Below are positions 28,141 through 39,580 of a DNA stretch of 64,000 bases, in pieces. Made by a program: the position numbers and the translations under genes. The number at the start of each line of letters is the position of its first letter. The stretch's first letter is position 1. This stretch comes from an uncultured virus (IMG/VR IMGVR_UViG_3300047510_001006) (taxonomy: Duplodnaviria > Heunggongvirae > Uroviricota > Caudoviricetes), in IMG/VR virus record IMGVR_UViG_3300047510_001006. One strand, given 5' to 3'. The notes beneath the pieces were generated by a model. That model was not told where the DNA came from and searched no databases. It saw only the letters and a program-made list of their open reading frames with translations.

Positions 28141-31100
28141 ATGGCAGAACAATTGCTCACAGGTCAACCTACCCCTCCAACTGGTCCACTTCCACTTACT
28201 TATCAGAATCTTTTTACTGAATCCACTAAGGTATCTCAGCGTAAAGATGTTCCATTACCTAATGGTAAATATGCAGCAAATGCAAAAGAGTTAGAGACGT
28301 TTTTACAGACTCCCGAAAACCAAGATGCATTCTATAAAATGTATAGCAAACCTGCTATGACATTTGGTGCTCGTGATTTAGAGTCATTCAAAACAAAATT
28401 AGGTGGAGGCCTCACGTCAGGAGAGATTGCAATGCAAAAAGCAAAACCATCTCTTCCAACAGTAAAGCCACAAACACAAGTTCAACAGATGGAATATCAG
28501 GATCTAAACCAACCTGCCATTGAACAATTCAATTCTCTAAAAGCAAACAAAATAAACAAAACAGCTTCTGGGAAAGACCTAAACACTTATGTCGAAATGC
28601 AGGATTACTTTTCAAATCCTGAAAATGTAAGTGAGTGGGGGAAAGCCCATAATGCTACAATTAAATACAGAAAGCTTGACTTAAATCAAATTGCCAACAA
28701 CGCAAAGCCAGTACAATCACTCAAGACAGTTACCGATGTTCAAATGGATGCTGCTCAGCAAGTTCAAAGAGACGACTTAGACCAAGTTGACCCTGAGAAA
28801 TTATCAGAACTTGTTTACAACGCTGAAGAACTTGGCTTGGTTGGTGAGTCCATCGAGTTGGAAAAACCAATTCAATATACTGAAATTGTAGATGGTCAAG
28901 TAGTTACAAAACAAATAGACAAACTAACCTACGAAGACTACACCCAACTTCTAAAAAAGAAGTATGGAAAAATAGACGAAACTACAGAGTTTTTCCAACC
29001 CAGTGTTGCCGGTGAACCAACTGTATTTGAAGTCAATGAGTTCGAGCAAGCAAAAGGAAAAGTAAAAGAAAACTATTTAGATATCGTTGCAACAAAGCAA
29101 CAAGACGAAAACAGAACCAAGATTAAAAATTACGATGCAGACGTTGAGACAAAAATGCGTCAACTCTTGTCATCAGACGATCAGAAGCTGGCTCAGATTA
29201 CTGACCAAATAGAAAGCCTTACAGACCAAATGCTTATGGATAAGTATTCGGGTAAAGGTGTAGCACCTGACTTTCAAGCAAAATTAAACAACTTAGAACA
29301 ACAGGCTGCACAAACAAGAAAAGACATGGGGCTGGCCTCAGAACAAATGTTTGATTCTGTAACTGGTCAAATGGTAGATACAACTCCAGAAGAGAAGCAA
29401 GCCATTCAAGTTGGTGCACAAAAGGCAACAGAAAAATATTCATCAAAATCTCCCAAAGACCAACTCAAAGCAGAAAGAAACTTGCTTTGGGAAAAAATAC
29501 AAGTAGTAGACCAACAAGCAAATTCGGTTAAGAACGAATGGGAAAACCAAAACATTCCAGGCTCTACTGCAATCGGTATGGCTCAAGAGGCATTGGGAAT
29601 TGAAGGAGGCATGACAGGAAGGAGTGCACAACTCTACAACTCCATGCTGAACCTTCAAAAAAAGAAAGCAGAACTCTATGGTCAAATGCAAACCTTAAAC
29701 AAACTGCTTTATACAAACGAAGATGTATTCAAAAGAGAAAAAGAATACGGAATCAAAGCAGCTGCTGAGTCAGTTGTAGAACAGGTGTATGGATTCAGTT
29801 TGTTCAGCGACCAAAACACGATTAGAACTCGTGTTCAAGAAGTAGAAGAAGCAAAGAAGTTTTTTGAAGAAAGAGGAATTCAACTTTCCAACAAACAGTT
29901 ACTTGGCGCAGAAACAGGAATAGGAGAAGCAGTCGGTGCGGGCATTGGTCCAACTTTAAATGGAATAGTCGATATCGGAATTAGTTCTTATGGACTTGGT
30001 GTATTGACCAAAGGATTAACGGGTTCTAAGTACTGGCAAGTAGCCAAAGAATTTATGTCAAACAAATATGGAGCAGCAGGACGATTTGCGACAAGCATGG
30101 CTGAGGGATCACTTCCATATTTAATTCAAGGTACGGCATATGAAGTAGCTGGTCAAAGTTTTGGAACAGGGGTTGCAGAAACAGCAGCAGAAAAATTATT
30201 TGATAGGTACGCAGCACAAGGACTTGAAAAGTTTGGTGGCAAGTATGGAAAACTAACTTTCATCTTGGGTCGTTGGTTAAGCGGTGCTACGGGTGAATTC
30301 ACCGCTGAAGTTGTTGGTAACATTGTTCCTTTGTTGGCAGAGAACGGATTCGACGTAAATAAAGCATACGAAGAAGCGTTTGGTAAAACATCTGATGAGA
30401 GAACCAAAAACTTGGCTATTCTTGGCATGAGTGTTACATTGCTGGCCTCTCCAGCTAACTTGAGATTCGTATTCAAGACCAAACAAAAGATTCAAGAGTA
30501 TATTGCAAACAACGGTTCTAACCCTGTGTTAGAAGAAACGCTGCGTGTAATTGATGATACAATTGAAAGAATGCCAACTGGCGAAGCAGCAACAAGATTG
30601 GACGAAAGAATCTACGGAGACAACCCCGTAGAACCATTGGTGTTTGTTGAGGCTCCTTCCACTATCATCAACGAAGATGCAATTGAGCCTCCGATTCAAG
30701 GTCCAGCAGAAAGACCACAAGAGACAGTTGAAGTAGAGAAGCGTTCGGCCAACAATGGAGAAGAGTTCTTTGTATTGGAGAATGACGGAAAAGTAAATAA
30801 GAATGTAGTTTATCGAGTAAACGCAACAAACGGTCAACTTGAAGTAAAAGGATACGATGCCATGCAAGAAGGATGGGTTCCTGCAAGCAAGACCATTACG
30901 GATGCCGTAGACCGCAAATCAAAGGAAAATGGTATTATCTCTTCAGATAAGGCTACTCGTGTCGCTAAACAGCGTTTAAACATCGATCCTGATGCCGACA
31001 GAGTAATTACTCCTGAGGGAAAAGTACTTTATCAAACTCCAGGACAAACCGCTGCTCAGTTTGGAAGAAACCGTCAGCGAAATACAAATACTGTTAGAGC

Positions 31101-34100
31101 AACTGCAGATAACACATTTGCTTTCTTGAATGGTGTTAAAGAGAAAATTATCAGCACCGTTTTCCCAAATGCAGAAACAAAAGTAGACGATCAACAATCA
31201 GCAAGTTATAACACATATCGTGATGCTGTTCGCACCAAAATGAAACTAAACGCAGGTTCTTTCTTCTCAAGAGGCAAGGCTGTGTTGATGGAAAGTGGTA
31301 TGAACAAGATACCAAAGGTTGCTGATTTCTTGGCTGCATTGGTTGAGGATTTCAGTAAGACAGGAAAAAGTATTGAGATTACGGTTGATAACATAGCACA
31401 AGCAACAACTAAAACTGCACTGAAGATTGAGGATGTTGTAAATAACATTATTGCAACTGAGTTCTTTCAGGATAAGTTTGGTTCAATGGCTGAGGCCTCA
31501 GACTATGCTAAAAACCTATTGACTGATTTGATGATTAACGACAAGTCAGTAGCACAAGAAATCTTTGGTCAAAACAAAGAAGCCTACAACCAATTCATCA
31601 AATTCAGAGAAGGCTTCAACAAATACGTTGCGAAGAACTACACTGGTAGTATGAACTTCAAAACAGACCACAAATTCTACAACAACCAAATGCCAGACAT
31701 GGCAATCAGGGCTCGTGAAGAAGAATTCCAAATGGAAGAGAAGCAGCGAGTAGAAGAGCAAGCAAAGAGAGAAGATGTAGCAAATGTATTGAACTTGGCA
31801 GGAATCGAAACATCAACTCAAAACGTAGAAGGTGTAAGATACAAACAAGGCGACTTGAGCGCAGAGCAATACCTTGAAACTCTAGGAGAAGATACCAACG
31901 GACTGACCGCAGACGAAATAACAGCAAAGGCTGATGTTGCTTCTGAGGGAGTAAACCTCGATACCTTCAACGAAGCCGTAGCAAATAGAACAACCAACGA
32001 ACAGACTCGCAAAAAGCGTGAGACTCGTTTGCGTAAGGAACTCAAAACAAAGTTTGGATTCAATAATCCATTGGCTAAACTAATCGCTAAAGGCGCACTT
32101 GACATGTCAATGAGAAGCAAGAGAGCAGTTACTGCTACGATGATGAACAAAGTCATTGAAACTGCTGCTACTCGTGCTGGTGTTACTGCGGATGAATTCT
32201 TGGATAACTTCTTGAAGTTCCAAAAGTCTACCGAACAAGAGTTCAGTGATTTTGTGAAGAATCAACCAGGAGGAAAAGAACTCTATCAGAGAATCGGAGA
32301 ATTGGGGGTTCGGTATAAACAAGATGTTGTTCAATTCTTAGATGACGCTAAAAGATTAGAGAAAGAAGGAAAGACACCTGACGAAATCTTAATGGCAACA
32401 GGATGGACCAGAGGCATGGATGGAAATTGGAAATATTCAATAATACCTCCATCTTCTGTTTTAAATCTAAACATGCTTTTCGATATAGCAAATAAAGATG
32501 TTGTATCGTATCCAATGAGCATGGTTCTAAAATATCCAGAACTTTATAGAGCTTATCCAAAATTAGCAGATATGGAAGTGATATTCACAAATAGTCCCAA
32601 TGAGGCGAATTGGGGAAGCTATTCTGATGAAATGATCACAATAAATACTGCACGAGGTGGTGTTAATACTTTGAATTTGCAAATGATATTACAGCACGAA
32701 ATACAACATGCCATTCAACACATAGAAGGATGGCAACCTGGAGGAAATCCTGAAGAAATACGGGTAGAAAATACAATAGATGTATTGCAATCGGCTGCTG
32801 AAGTATTGATAGAAAAAGGAACACCAATAAGTGATTTGGCAATAAAAGAATCAAATAGATTAATTCAAGAATTTGGATATCAGTTAAGGGGGGCTCAACA
32901 GGATGATTTTAGAAAATTGCACGCTATACTTCAACAAAATTTATGGGATGCTGTTCATCCTGTATTTGACGATAATTTGGTAAATGAGTTTACTCAAAAG
33001 TTTCCAATAAATTTATCAAATGAAATAATTTTATTGTTGTCAAATGTAACAGATTATAATCTATACACTAACATTTACGGAGAAATAGAAGCAGAAAATG
33101 CAGCACAAAGAGATTTAAAAACGGTTTACAATCTATTAAAAAATAAAGATGTATTAGAAACATACGTAAAGCCTGGACATCAAGAAGATGTAAAATATTT
33201 ACTCGAGGATATAGATAAGCTGAATTCTGAATATGGTAATTTTATGACTACTTCAACAAAAGCACTAAACGAAATAGCAAAAAATCCAGTACTAGGACAG
33301 TTTAATACAGACCTTCTAAAAAACGCATTCGGAAAAACAGAAATACAAAAAGACGGAAAAATTATAATTGAACCAGATGACATATCACAAAATTCAATTG
33401 AACTTATAAGATTATACACAGAAATAAAAAATACACAAGACCTCACAGACAAATCAAAATCTATTCTTCCAACGGAGCAACTGGAAACAATTTTAAATGT
33501 AATCAAACAAAAATCTAACTATGCTTTGAATAATGCTTATTTGAAAAATGAAATTTTAAATAATTTAAATTTATCAATTGGAATTTTAGACGGAGATATG
33601 ACTGCGGGGTATAGTCCTCTTTTTTGGCAAAGTTCTGGAACGTATAACCCCAAACAAGTAGTCAATACTTTAGCAACAAAGAAAAAATTCAAACCGTCCG
33701 AAAAATCACAGAAGCAATACGATACCGAGAAAAAGCAACTAGTTGAGGCAAGCGATGCGGTTCAGAATTTCGAACCTAAAGCTTTATTCCAAGAAAACAG
33801 AGGTGCAGCATTCATCACGCAGGATGCTACAGATTTGATTGTGGCTTTGACTGACCCTAACTTGTCAACTCCTTTGCACGAGATTGCACACATCTACGAG
33901 AAGTACATGACCGATGCAGAAAAGAAAGTAGTTCTTGATGCAACAGGCGAAACATCTTGGTCAACCAATACTTCTGAATACTTTGCTCGTGGCTTTGAAA
34001 GATACCTTTACAGCGGAAACGCACCAAGTGCTAAGATGATGCCGTTGTTTGATAAGTTGCGTAACTGGTTGATGGACATCTATACACAACTTACAGGCAG

Positions 34101-37100
34101 TGAGATTGATGTTACCTTAAACCAACCAATGCGTGACTTGTATTCTGCAATGTTGGGAGAAGCAAAAACACCAGAGACACAAGTAACTCCAACAGCAGGT
34201 CCACAAACAGCAGACGCTGCTTTGGCTGACTTTATTTCAGGTAAGCGAAATCAAGGTATTTCTGACGATCAGATCTATGTAGGGTTGTTACAATCAGGAT
34301 TCAAGGCTGCTGACTTAGAGGATTTCTTTAACTTAGAAACAAGGAAAACTGTAGCAAGTCAGATTGAAGAAAACGGCCCAATGAAAGATGAGGCAAGAAT
34401 CGCTGCCGATGAAGCTGCTGGTATGTACGTAAGAAGAACAGCAGAACAGTTGGAGATGGAAATGGACGGATTGACAATTGAAGAATCTCAAGCCTTGATT
34501 GAAAACTTTAGCAATGCGGCAAATCTTGATGCTGCCATTGCAAATCAGATACAAAATATCCTTGAAAAGAAAGCAAGAGGCGAAGATGTTCAAAAAGACT
34601 TCGAGACACTGATTGCAACAGGAACAAACTTAGGTCGTGCGTTGCAGGCGTTCACCCGATTGAAAAATCAGTCTGGGGCCCTCAGAGCAAGAAACCTAAT
34701 AAACAAACTAAAGCAAGACGGCAAGAAGATTCCCGATGCGATAAAGAACAAACTACTCGCACTCGGAGATGCTTACGATGAAGCCAAAGCAAAAATGAAC
34801 AACGCTAAGACGGCTGCCCAAAACAATCCTAACGGACAAAGTCCAGTAGCACGAAAAACAAATATTCAATACTTCCAACAACAGTTGCAGAACGTACAGA
34901 ATATCGGACAGCAGTTCACAACCGTTGCAGCGCCTTACACTTCAGAGGCTAGCATCAGCGGTACGTTTGGAACTTTAATTAGAGGTAACTTGTTGACACC
35001 AACATCAACCATCATTAACATTACTTCAAACGCAATAAAGGCTGTATTTAACATACCGATTAACTTGATTGCTTCTGGAACCTCAGAACTAAGTTCTTTC
35101 TTCGGAGGAGCCAAAGGAACAATGAGAGGCAAGGACTACTACAAGTACGGATGGAAGTATGGATTTATGACAGGAATCAGAAAAGGAACAGAGATTATAA
35201 AGAAAGGAAACATACCTGAAACAAGTCAAGGTTTGCAAATCGAACCTGGGTTTAATGGCTTCCGTTCTATGTCTGAGTTCTTTGGTGGTTTAGTAGCCAA
35301 GTATGTTCAAGGTAAAACAGATGCAGACATTGCTGCTGAGTATGGATATAACTTAAACCAAGCAGGAAAGATTCCAGGAAAAGAAAAAGTAGTTAAGATG
35401 CTAGAAGGAACATTCGGTGTACCTGCTGAAACATTCTTCCGTTTATTGGGTTCTGTCGATGCTGTATTTAGAAACATGGCTTACTATTCTGCACTTTCAG
35501 AACAAGCCAAACTTTCAGGTCTAAAAGATTCAAAGGATATTGAAAACTTCATTATTCTTAACTCCGACTACTCAAACACAAAAGCAGACCAAGAAGCATT
35601 AAGATACGTTTATTCAAACAACTCAAAACCCTATCAGTTTATTTCTAAAATCTACGGTACAGGGCAAGGAACAGGAGGTAAGATTTGGAAACTCGGAGCA
35701 ACTGGTGTTATTCCATACGCTAAGATTCCAACTAACTTGGCTATTGAATTTGCTGAAATTATGATTCCCGACTGGGCAATTCTCAAAGCTGGCTACCAAG
35801 CAAAGAAAATATACGACTTAAATAAACAAATCAGAAACACAAGAAACCCACAAGCAAAATTAAAGCTGGAGGCTCAGAAGCAAGACATTGCAAGAAAAAG
35901 AGATGAACTAGTTGGTAGAGCCGTCGTGGGATATGCTTTGACTTACGCTGGTCGTTGGATTGCCGAAAGCGGAGCATTGAGCGCAGGTGCGCAAGGAGAA
36001 GACAAAAAACGCAAGGATTATATCTACAGATTTGAAAGACCCTATAGTGTAAACTTGTCGCTTTTCAAACGCTATATGGATGGAGATAAAAATGACCTGT
36101 GGCAAGCAAACGATGCCATTGTTGACTATCGTCCATTGGGTGTATTTGGCGGTATTCTTTATACTTCTCAGAGCGAAACAAGAAGCACAGAAAAAGAAAA
36201 AAGTAAGGAAGTAACAAACCAAAGCGTATTTAGCACACTTTCAGATATGGCATTTAACAGCAACGTTGCAGAAACTGCTCGTTATCTAATTGACCAATCT
36301 TTTGTAAAAGGTCTGAACCAAGCACTCGCTGTGGTAGATCCTCGTCAAGAAGGTTCATTTGAAAGGTTTGTGAGTGGTCTTATGGGTACGTTGAGCGCAG
36401 CAGTTCTTCCTAACTCATTGGCTATCTACGATAAGGCGAACAGAAACTACATTCCTGAGTACGATAGTCCTTATACTGGAGCCGACAAAATCATTTATGA
36501 CTTTATGGCTAAAGTTAAGGAACGCTGGCCATTTGATGACCCAAACAACATTGTTGCTAAGGTTGATGCATTTGGTCGCCCTATTCCACAAACTCCAGTT
36601 GGCAGAAATGCTTGGTTCTTCAATGCTTTTGATGTGACTAAATTCTCAAGAGGTTTGTACGATGATAAAAATCAGAGCTGGGAACAACTTGTATATGAGG
36701 CAGTTAAGAAAGGAGATGTAATGACTGCATTTCCTTCAAATCCTTCGCCTGTTCTTAAATCAAGAGTAGGAGGAGAAAGTTATGTTTTGAGCCCAGAGGA
36801 TTATCAAAAGTATGCTATTGCTGTGGGAGAAGCAAGAAGAAAGATTGTCAATCAGTTTATCGAGAACGCAGAGCTGAGTCAATTCACAAATCTTAACTCA
36901 GACCTGAACAAAAAAACAGAAGATAACGAAAAGCCTTATGGTTACGTTGTGTTGGGTAAGATTTTGACAAGTTTGTATTCTGCTGCCGACGCAACACTTA
37001 TCAACACAGAAAGAGGTTTGATTTACGAAGCAAGAAAGAAAATGGCAACCGAAAGACCCGAAGAGTTCAAGGCATTGTTGGAAAAAGAAAAGAACAACAT

Positions 37101-37311
37101 CTATAGTCAGGCTTTGGATTTGTTGTACGATGACCCCGAAATGTCTAAGTACCTTCCCAAAACTACAGCTCAGGACATTTTCTTCTCAAAGAAAGCAAAG
37201 TATTCAGAAGATAGAACGATTAACGAAGTAGGTCCAGAAAGCATAGGACCAACTGAAAACACTGGAGTATTTGAGAAGGACCCGTATGACGAATTCTTTA
37301 ATCAGAAATAA
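28141..37311 (+). CDS. Giant polyvalent ejection/cargo protein with LPD23-like and two zincin (HExxH) regions
   Basis: 3056 aa; TGW..G.DG.W.Y, HEIQHAIQ.IEG...GG and GE.EA motifs; second PLHEIAH...SEYFARGFE. Confidence 0.7.
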   Translation: MAEQLLTGQPTPPTGPLPLTYQNLFTESTKVSQRKDVPLPNGKYAANAKELETFLQTPENQDAFYKMYSKPAMTFGARDLESFKTKLGGGLTSGEIAMQKAKPSLPTVKPQTQVQQMEYQDLNQPAIEQFNSLKANKINKTASGKDLNTYVEMQDYFSNPENVSEWGKAHNATIKYRKLDLNQIANNAKPVQSLKTVTDVQMDAAQQVQRDDLDQVDPEKLSELVYNAEELGLVGESIELEKPIQYTEIVDGQVVTKQIDKLTYEDYTQLLKKKYGKIDETTEFFQPSVAGEPTVFEVNEFEQAKGKVKENYLDIVATKQQDENRTKIKNYDADVETKMRQLLSSDDQKLAQITDQIESLTDQMLMDKYSGKGVAPDFQAKLNNLEQQAAQTRKDMGLASEQMFDSVTGQMVDTTPEEKQAIQVGAQKATEKYSSKSPKDQLKAERNLLWEKIQVVDQQANSVKNEWENQNIPGSTAIGMAQEALGIEGGMTGRSAQLYNSMLNLQKKKAELYGQMQTLNKLLYTNEDVFKREKEYGIKAAAESVVEQVYGFSLFSDQNTIRTRVQEVEEAKKFFEERGIQLSNKQLLGAETGIGEAVGAGIGPTLNGIVDIGISSYGLGVLTKGLTGSKYWQVAKEFMSNKYGAAGRFATSMAEGSLPYLIQGTAYEVAGQSFGTGVAETAAEKLFDRYAAQGLEKFGGKYGKLTFILGRWLSGATGEFTAEVVGNIVPLLAENGFDVNKAYEEAFGKTSDERTKNLAILGMSVTLLASPANLRFVFKTKQKIQEYIANNGSNPVLEETLRVIDDTIERMPTGEAATRLDERIYGDNPVEPLVFVEAPSTIINEDAIEPPIQGPAERPQETVEVEKRSANNGEEFFVLENDGKVNKNVVYRVNATNGQLEVKGYDAMQEGWVPASKTITDAVDRKSKENGIISSDKATRVAKQRLNIDPDADRVITPEGKVLYQTPGQTAAQFGRNRQRNTNTVRATADNTFAFLNGVKEKIISTVFPNAETKVDDQQSASYNTYRDAVRTKMKLNAGSFFSRGKAVLMESGMNKIPKVADFLAALVEDFSKTGKSIEITVDNIAQATTKTALKIEDVVNNIIATEFFQDKFGSMAEASDYAKNLLTDLMINDKSVAQEIFGQNKEAYNQFIKFREGFNKYVAKNYTGSMNFKTDHKFYNNQMPDMAIRAREEEFQMEEKQRVEEQAKREDVANVLNLAGIETSTQNVEGVRYKQGDLSAEQYLETLGEDTNGLTADEITAKADVASEGVNLDTFNEAVANRTTNEQTRKKRETRLRKELKTKFGFNNPLAKLIAKGALDMSMRSKRAVTATMMNKVIETAATRAGVTADEFLDNFLKFQKSTEQEFSDFVKNQPGGKELYQRIGELGVRYKQDVVQFLDDAKRLEKEGKTPDEILMATGWTRGMDGNWKYSIIPPSSVLNLNMLFDIANKDVVSYPMSMVLKYPELYRAYPKLADMEVIFTNSPNEANWGSYSDEMITINTARGGVNTLNLQMILQHEIQHAIQHIEGWQPGGNPEEIRVENTIDVLQSAAEVLIEKGTPISDLAIKESNRLIQEFGYQLRGAQQDDFRKLHAILQQNLWDAVHPVFDDNLVNEFTQKFPINLSNEIILLLSNVTDYNLYTNIYGEIEAENAAQRDLKTVYNLLKNKDVLETYVKPGHQEDVKYLLEDIDKLNSEYGNFMTTSTKALNEIAKNPVLGQFNTDLLKNAFGKTEIQKDGKIIIEPDDISQNSIELIRLYTEIKNTQDLTDKSKSILPTEQLETILNVIKQKSNYALNNAYLKNEILNNLNLSIGILDGDMTAGYSPLFWQSSGTYNPKQVVNTLATKKKFKPSEKSQKQYDTEKKQLVEASDAVQNFEPKALFQENRGAAFITQDATDLIVALTDPNLSTPLHEIAHIYEKYMTDAEKKVVLDATGETSWSTNTSEYFARGFERYLYSGNAPSAKMMPLFDKLRNWLMDIYTQLTGSEIDVTLNQPMRDLYSAMLGEAKTPETQVTPTAGPQTADAALADFISGKRNQGISDDQIYVGLLQSGFKAADLEDFFNLETRKTVASQIEENGPMKDEARIAADEAAGMYVRRTAEQLEMEMDGLTIEESQALIENFSNAANLDAAIANQIQNILEKKARGEDVQKDFETLIATGTNLGRALQAFTRLKNQSGALRARNLINKLKQDGKKIPDAIKNKLLALGDAYDEAKAKMNNAKTAAQNNPNGQSPVARKTNIQYFQQQLQNVQNIGQQFTTVAAPYTSEASISGTFGTLIRGNLLTPTSTIINITSNAIKAVFNIPINLIASGTSELSSFFGGAKGTMRGKDYYKYGWKYGFMTGIRKGTEIIKKGNIPETSQGLQIEPGFNGFRSMSEFFGGLVAKYVQGKTDADIAAEYGYNLNQAGKIPGKEKVVKMLEGTFGVPAETFFRLLGSVDAVFRNMAYYSALSEQAKLSGLKDSKDIENFIILNSDYSNTKADQEALRYVYSNNSKPYQFISKIYGTGQGTGGKIWKLGATGVIPYAKIPTNLAIEFAEIMIPDWAILKAGYQAKKIYDLNKQIRNTRNPQAKLKLEAQKQDIARKRDELVGRAVVGYALTYAGRWIAESGALSAGAQGEDKKRKDYIYRFERPYSVNLSLFKRYMDGDKNDLWQANDAIVDYRPLGVFGGILYTSQSETRSTEKEKSKEVTNQSVFSTLSDMAFNSNVAETARYLIDQSFVKGLNQALAVVDPRQEGSFERFVSGLMGTLSAAVLPNSLAIYDKANRNYIPEYDSPYTGADKIIYDFMAKVKERWPFDDPNNIVAKVDAFGRPIPQTPVGRNAWFFNAFDVTKFSRGLYDDKNQSWEQLVYEAVKKGDVMTAFPSNPSPVLKSRVGGESYVLSPEDYQKYAIAVGEARRKIVNQFIENAELSQFTNLNSDLNKKTEDNEKPYGYVVLGKILTSLYSAADATLINTERGLIYEARKKMATERPEEFKALLEKEKNNIYSQALDLLYDDPEMSKYLPKTTAQDIFFSKKAKYSEDRTINEVGPESIGPTENTGVFEKDPYDEFFNQK

Positions 37312-37328
37312 TTTCGTATATTTGTAAT

Positions 37329-37868
37329 ATGGCACTTTCAGTAGACCCAATAGTAACTTTCAAACATACGAGCACCGAGTTTATAATTATTGACTCAACT
37401 GGTGACTATAACGCGGTGACAAATCTTAAAGGTTGGGGGTCTCCGAACGAAGCACGTTCAGCATTGACTGCGATTAGCACAGTAGCAACAAGTCCCTCAG
37501 GAACCACTACTACAATCGTAATGACAGGAGGTAACTTTGATAACGACACATACAGAGCACAAGACCTGTATGCAAGTTTAACTCCCGTTGATGGTATTTG
37601 GAATTTCGTAACAACATTTACAGTAAGTCCCAACTCAGAAGCAGTAACTACTTATACGTTGAGAGATGCTTCTTTGAAGTGTCTTTTGGGCAAATTAGCG
37701 TTGAGCAATTTTGCTTGTGATAATTATTTTGAAATCAAATTGATGTACGATAAAATGCTTCAGGCAATGGAGTGCGAAGAATACGTGCTTGCCGAAGAAC
37801 TGTATGCTGACATTGAGAAGGCTATAGATAATTGTCCAAACGAAATTAAGAAAAGCTGTGGCTGTTAA
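37329..37868 (+). CDS. Putative virion/tail protein with Cys-rich C-terminus
   Basis: D.TG.Y....N..GWG.PN motif; ends CGC. Confidence 0.55.
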   Translation: MALSVDPIVTFKHTSTEFIIIDSTGDYNAVTNLKGWGSPNEARSALTAISTVATSPSGTTTTIVMTGGNFDNDTYRAQDLYASLTPVDGIWNFVTTFTVSPNSEAVTTYTLRDASLKCLLGKLALSNFACDNYFEIKLMYDKMLQAMECEEYVLAEELYADIEKAIDNCPNEIKKSCGC

Positions 37869-38943
37869 GTACGACTTAGACGCATACCTGAAGTCATACA
37901 TCGCTGCTACAATGAAGGCGATATGTGAGTATTCACAAAATCAGATTGACGATTCTGTATACGATGTTCCTTGTCATTCATACGAAGAGCACATCAAGAA
38001 ATGTTTGTTCTTGAAGTTCTGCTTGGAAAACATGGATTGTTATTCTGATGATGAGCAAGACACTATCATCTCTTTAGCCAATCGTTACGCAAGAAACTGC
38101 GGTAATTGTACAGTTAGTGATGCAGAACTCGCAGCATTTAAATTGACAGAAAAGGGCAAGGAGTTGTCTGAAAACTTCCTAGACCCCGATGTTAAAAACT
38201 ATAAAAATAAGAGTGGGGTCTCAGACGGAGTAATTATCGGCAAGGTAAACACCTACGTGTTGGAACTAAAAGCCGCAGGATTATGGTCTAAGTTCTACGC
38301 AATTTATCCCTTCTTAGGAGGAACATCCTCAACAACATCATTTAACCTCAAAAACCCCGACATCTATCAAATATTCTGGACAGGAGGAATGACTTATGGA
38401 ACATTGGGTGTAGATTTCAACGGAACAACAGGATTTGGAGACACTAACTTTGATTTCAGCGCACTTGCGTCAACAATCGAGGACATTCACTTCTCATTCT
38501 ACACTCCCGATGCAAACGCAGGTCTTGCTAACGTGCCAATGGGGGTAGGTAGTAGCGCTGCTGACGATCGTATTCGCATGGCATTTGACGCTAGTACAGA
38601 TAACTACTACGCAGATATGTGGAGTAACGGAGGAATCGCAGGTCGTGTTTTAGTTACAGGATTGGGAGCACCGGCTGGTCATTACTTGGCAACTCGCTTT
38701 AGTGATTCGGCTGCATTCGTTTATTTGGATGGTGTTCAAATGGCACTTAACTCAACCACCGTTGATGTGAGCGATGTACCTTCTGATACATTCTACATAG
38801 GGGCAACTAATTTAGCAGGAGTTGCCGCTGGATTTACAACAAAAACACTTGGTTTGGCAACAATAGGAAAACATTTGACGGCCTCAGATATTACCTCTTT
38901 CCAAACAATTACAGATAAATTTTTAACCTCATTAGGAAGATAA
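37858..38943 (+). CDS. Putative virion protein with lectin/LamG-like C-terminal domain
   Basis: LK..GLW.K..AIYPF.GG motif; beta-rich C-terminus. Confidence 0.5.
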   Translation: MAVKYDLDAYLKSYIAATMKAICEYSQNQIDDSVYDVPCHSYEEHIKKCLFLKFCLENMDCYSDDEQDTIISLANRYARNCGNCTVSDAELAAFKLTEKGKELSENFLDPDVKNYKNKSGVSDGVIIGKVNTYVLELKAAGLWSKFYAIYPFLGGTSSTTSFNLKNPDIYQIFWTGGMTYGTLGVDFNGTTGFGDTNFDFSALASTIEDIHFSFYTPDANAGLANVPMGVGSSAADDRIRMAFDASTDNYYADMWSNGGIAGRVLVTGLGAPAGHYLATRFSDSAAFVYLDGVQMALNSTTVDVSDVPSDTFYIGATNLAGVAAGFTTKTLGLATIGKHLTASDITSFQTITDKFLTSLGR

Positions 38944-39527
38944 TGTTTACAAGAGAACAAATTGAAAAGGCTGTAAAAGCCAAAGGGTACAAGTACTTCG
39001 AGAATGGCGAATTCAACATCAATATCATTGGTATTCGTAATAGTGCCCCCGGCAAGAAAGTAACCAACGTATTTGACGATTGGTTGTCAGTTGCCTACAA
39101 AGAAAATGGCGAGTGGAAATTCTTTATTTGGACTGCCACTACCGATCCTGGAAAGGCTCCTATGGCTGAAGGAAACAATGGTACAGGCACTGCTCGTGTA
39201 GTTCCTGGTCAGTATCCTGGTTGTCACCACGTAGGATTGCACCAAGGTAAATATGAGGCCCTCAAGCAGAAAGCAAACATCAAAGTATATCGTGATGCCA
39301 ACAAGGACATGAATTACGATGAGAGCAAGATTACAGAGGGTGTGTATGGAATTAATATCCACAAAGCAGGTCAGGATTCAACTTGGATTGATCACTGGTC
39401 TCACGGCTGCCAAGTATTCAAGCGTGTTAAAGATTTTGATGCATTCATGAAAATCTGCAAAACAGCTGCTAAATTACAGGGCAACTCGTTTACCTACACT
39501 CTGATTGAGAGTAAGGATATCGCCTAA
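38943..39527 (+). CDS. Putative endolysin of L,D-transpeptidase-like type
   Basis: GINIH...WSHGCQ His/Cys motif; TTDPG, GQY and YRD motifs. Confidence 0.65.
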   Translation: MFTREQIEKAVKAKGYKYFENGEFNINIIGIRNSAPGKKVTNVFDDWLSVAYKENGEWKFFIWTATTDPGKAPMAEGNNGTGTARVVPGQYPGCHHVGLHQGKYEALKQKANIKVYRDANKDMNYDESKITEGVYGINIHKAGQDSTWIDHWSHGCQVFKRVKDFDAFMKICKTAAKLQGNSFTYTLIESKDIA

Positions 39528-39580
39528 GCCTTGGGTCTCAGATATTGATATCCTGAGCAAAATTTAGTATCTTTGTCTTA

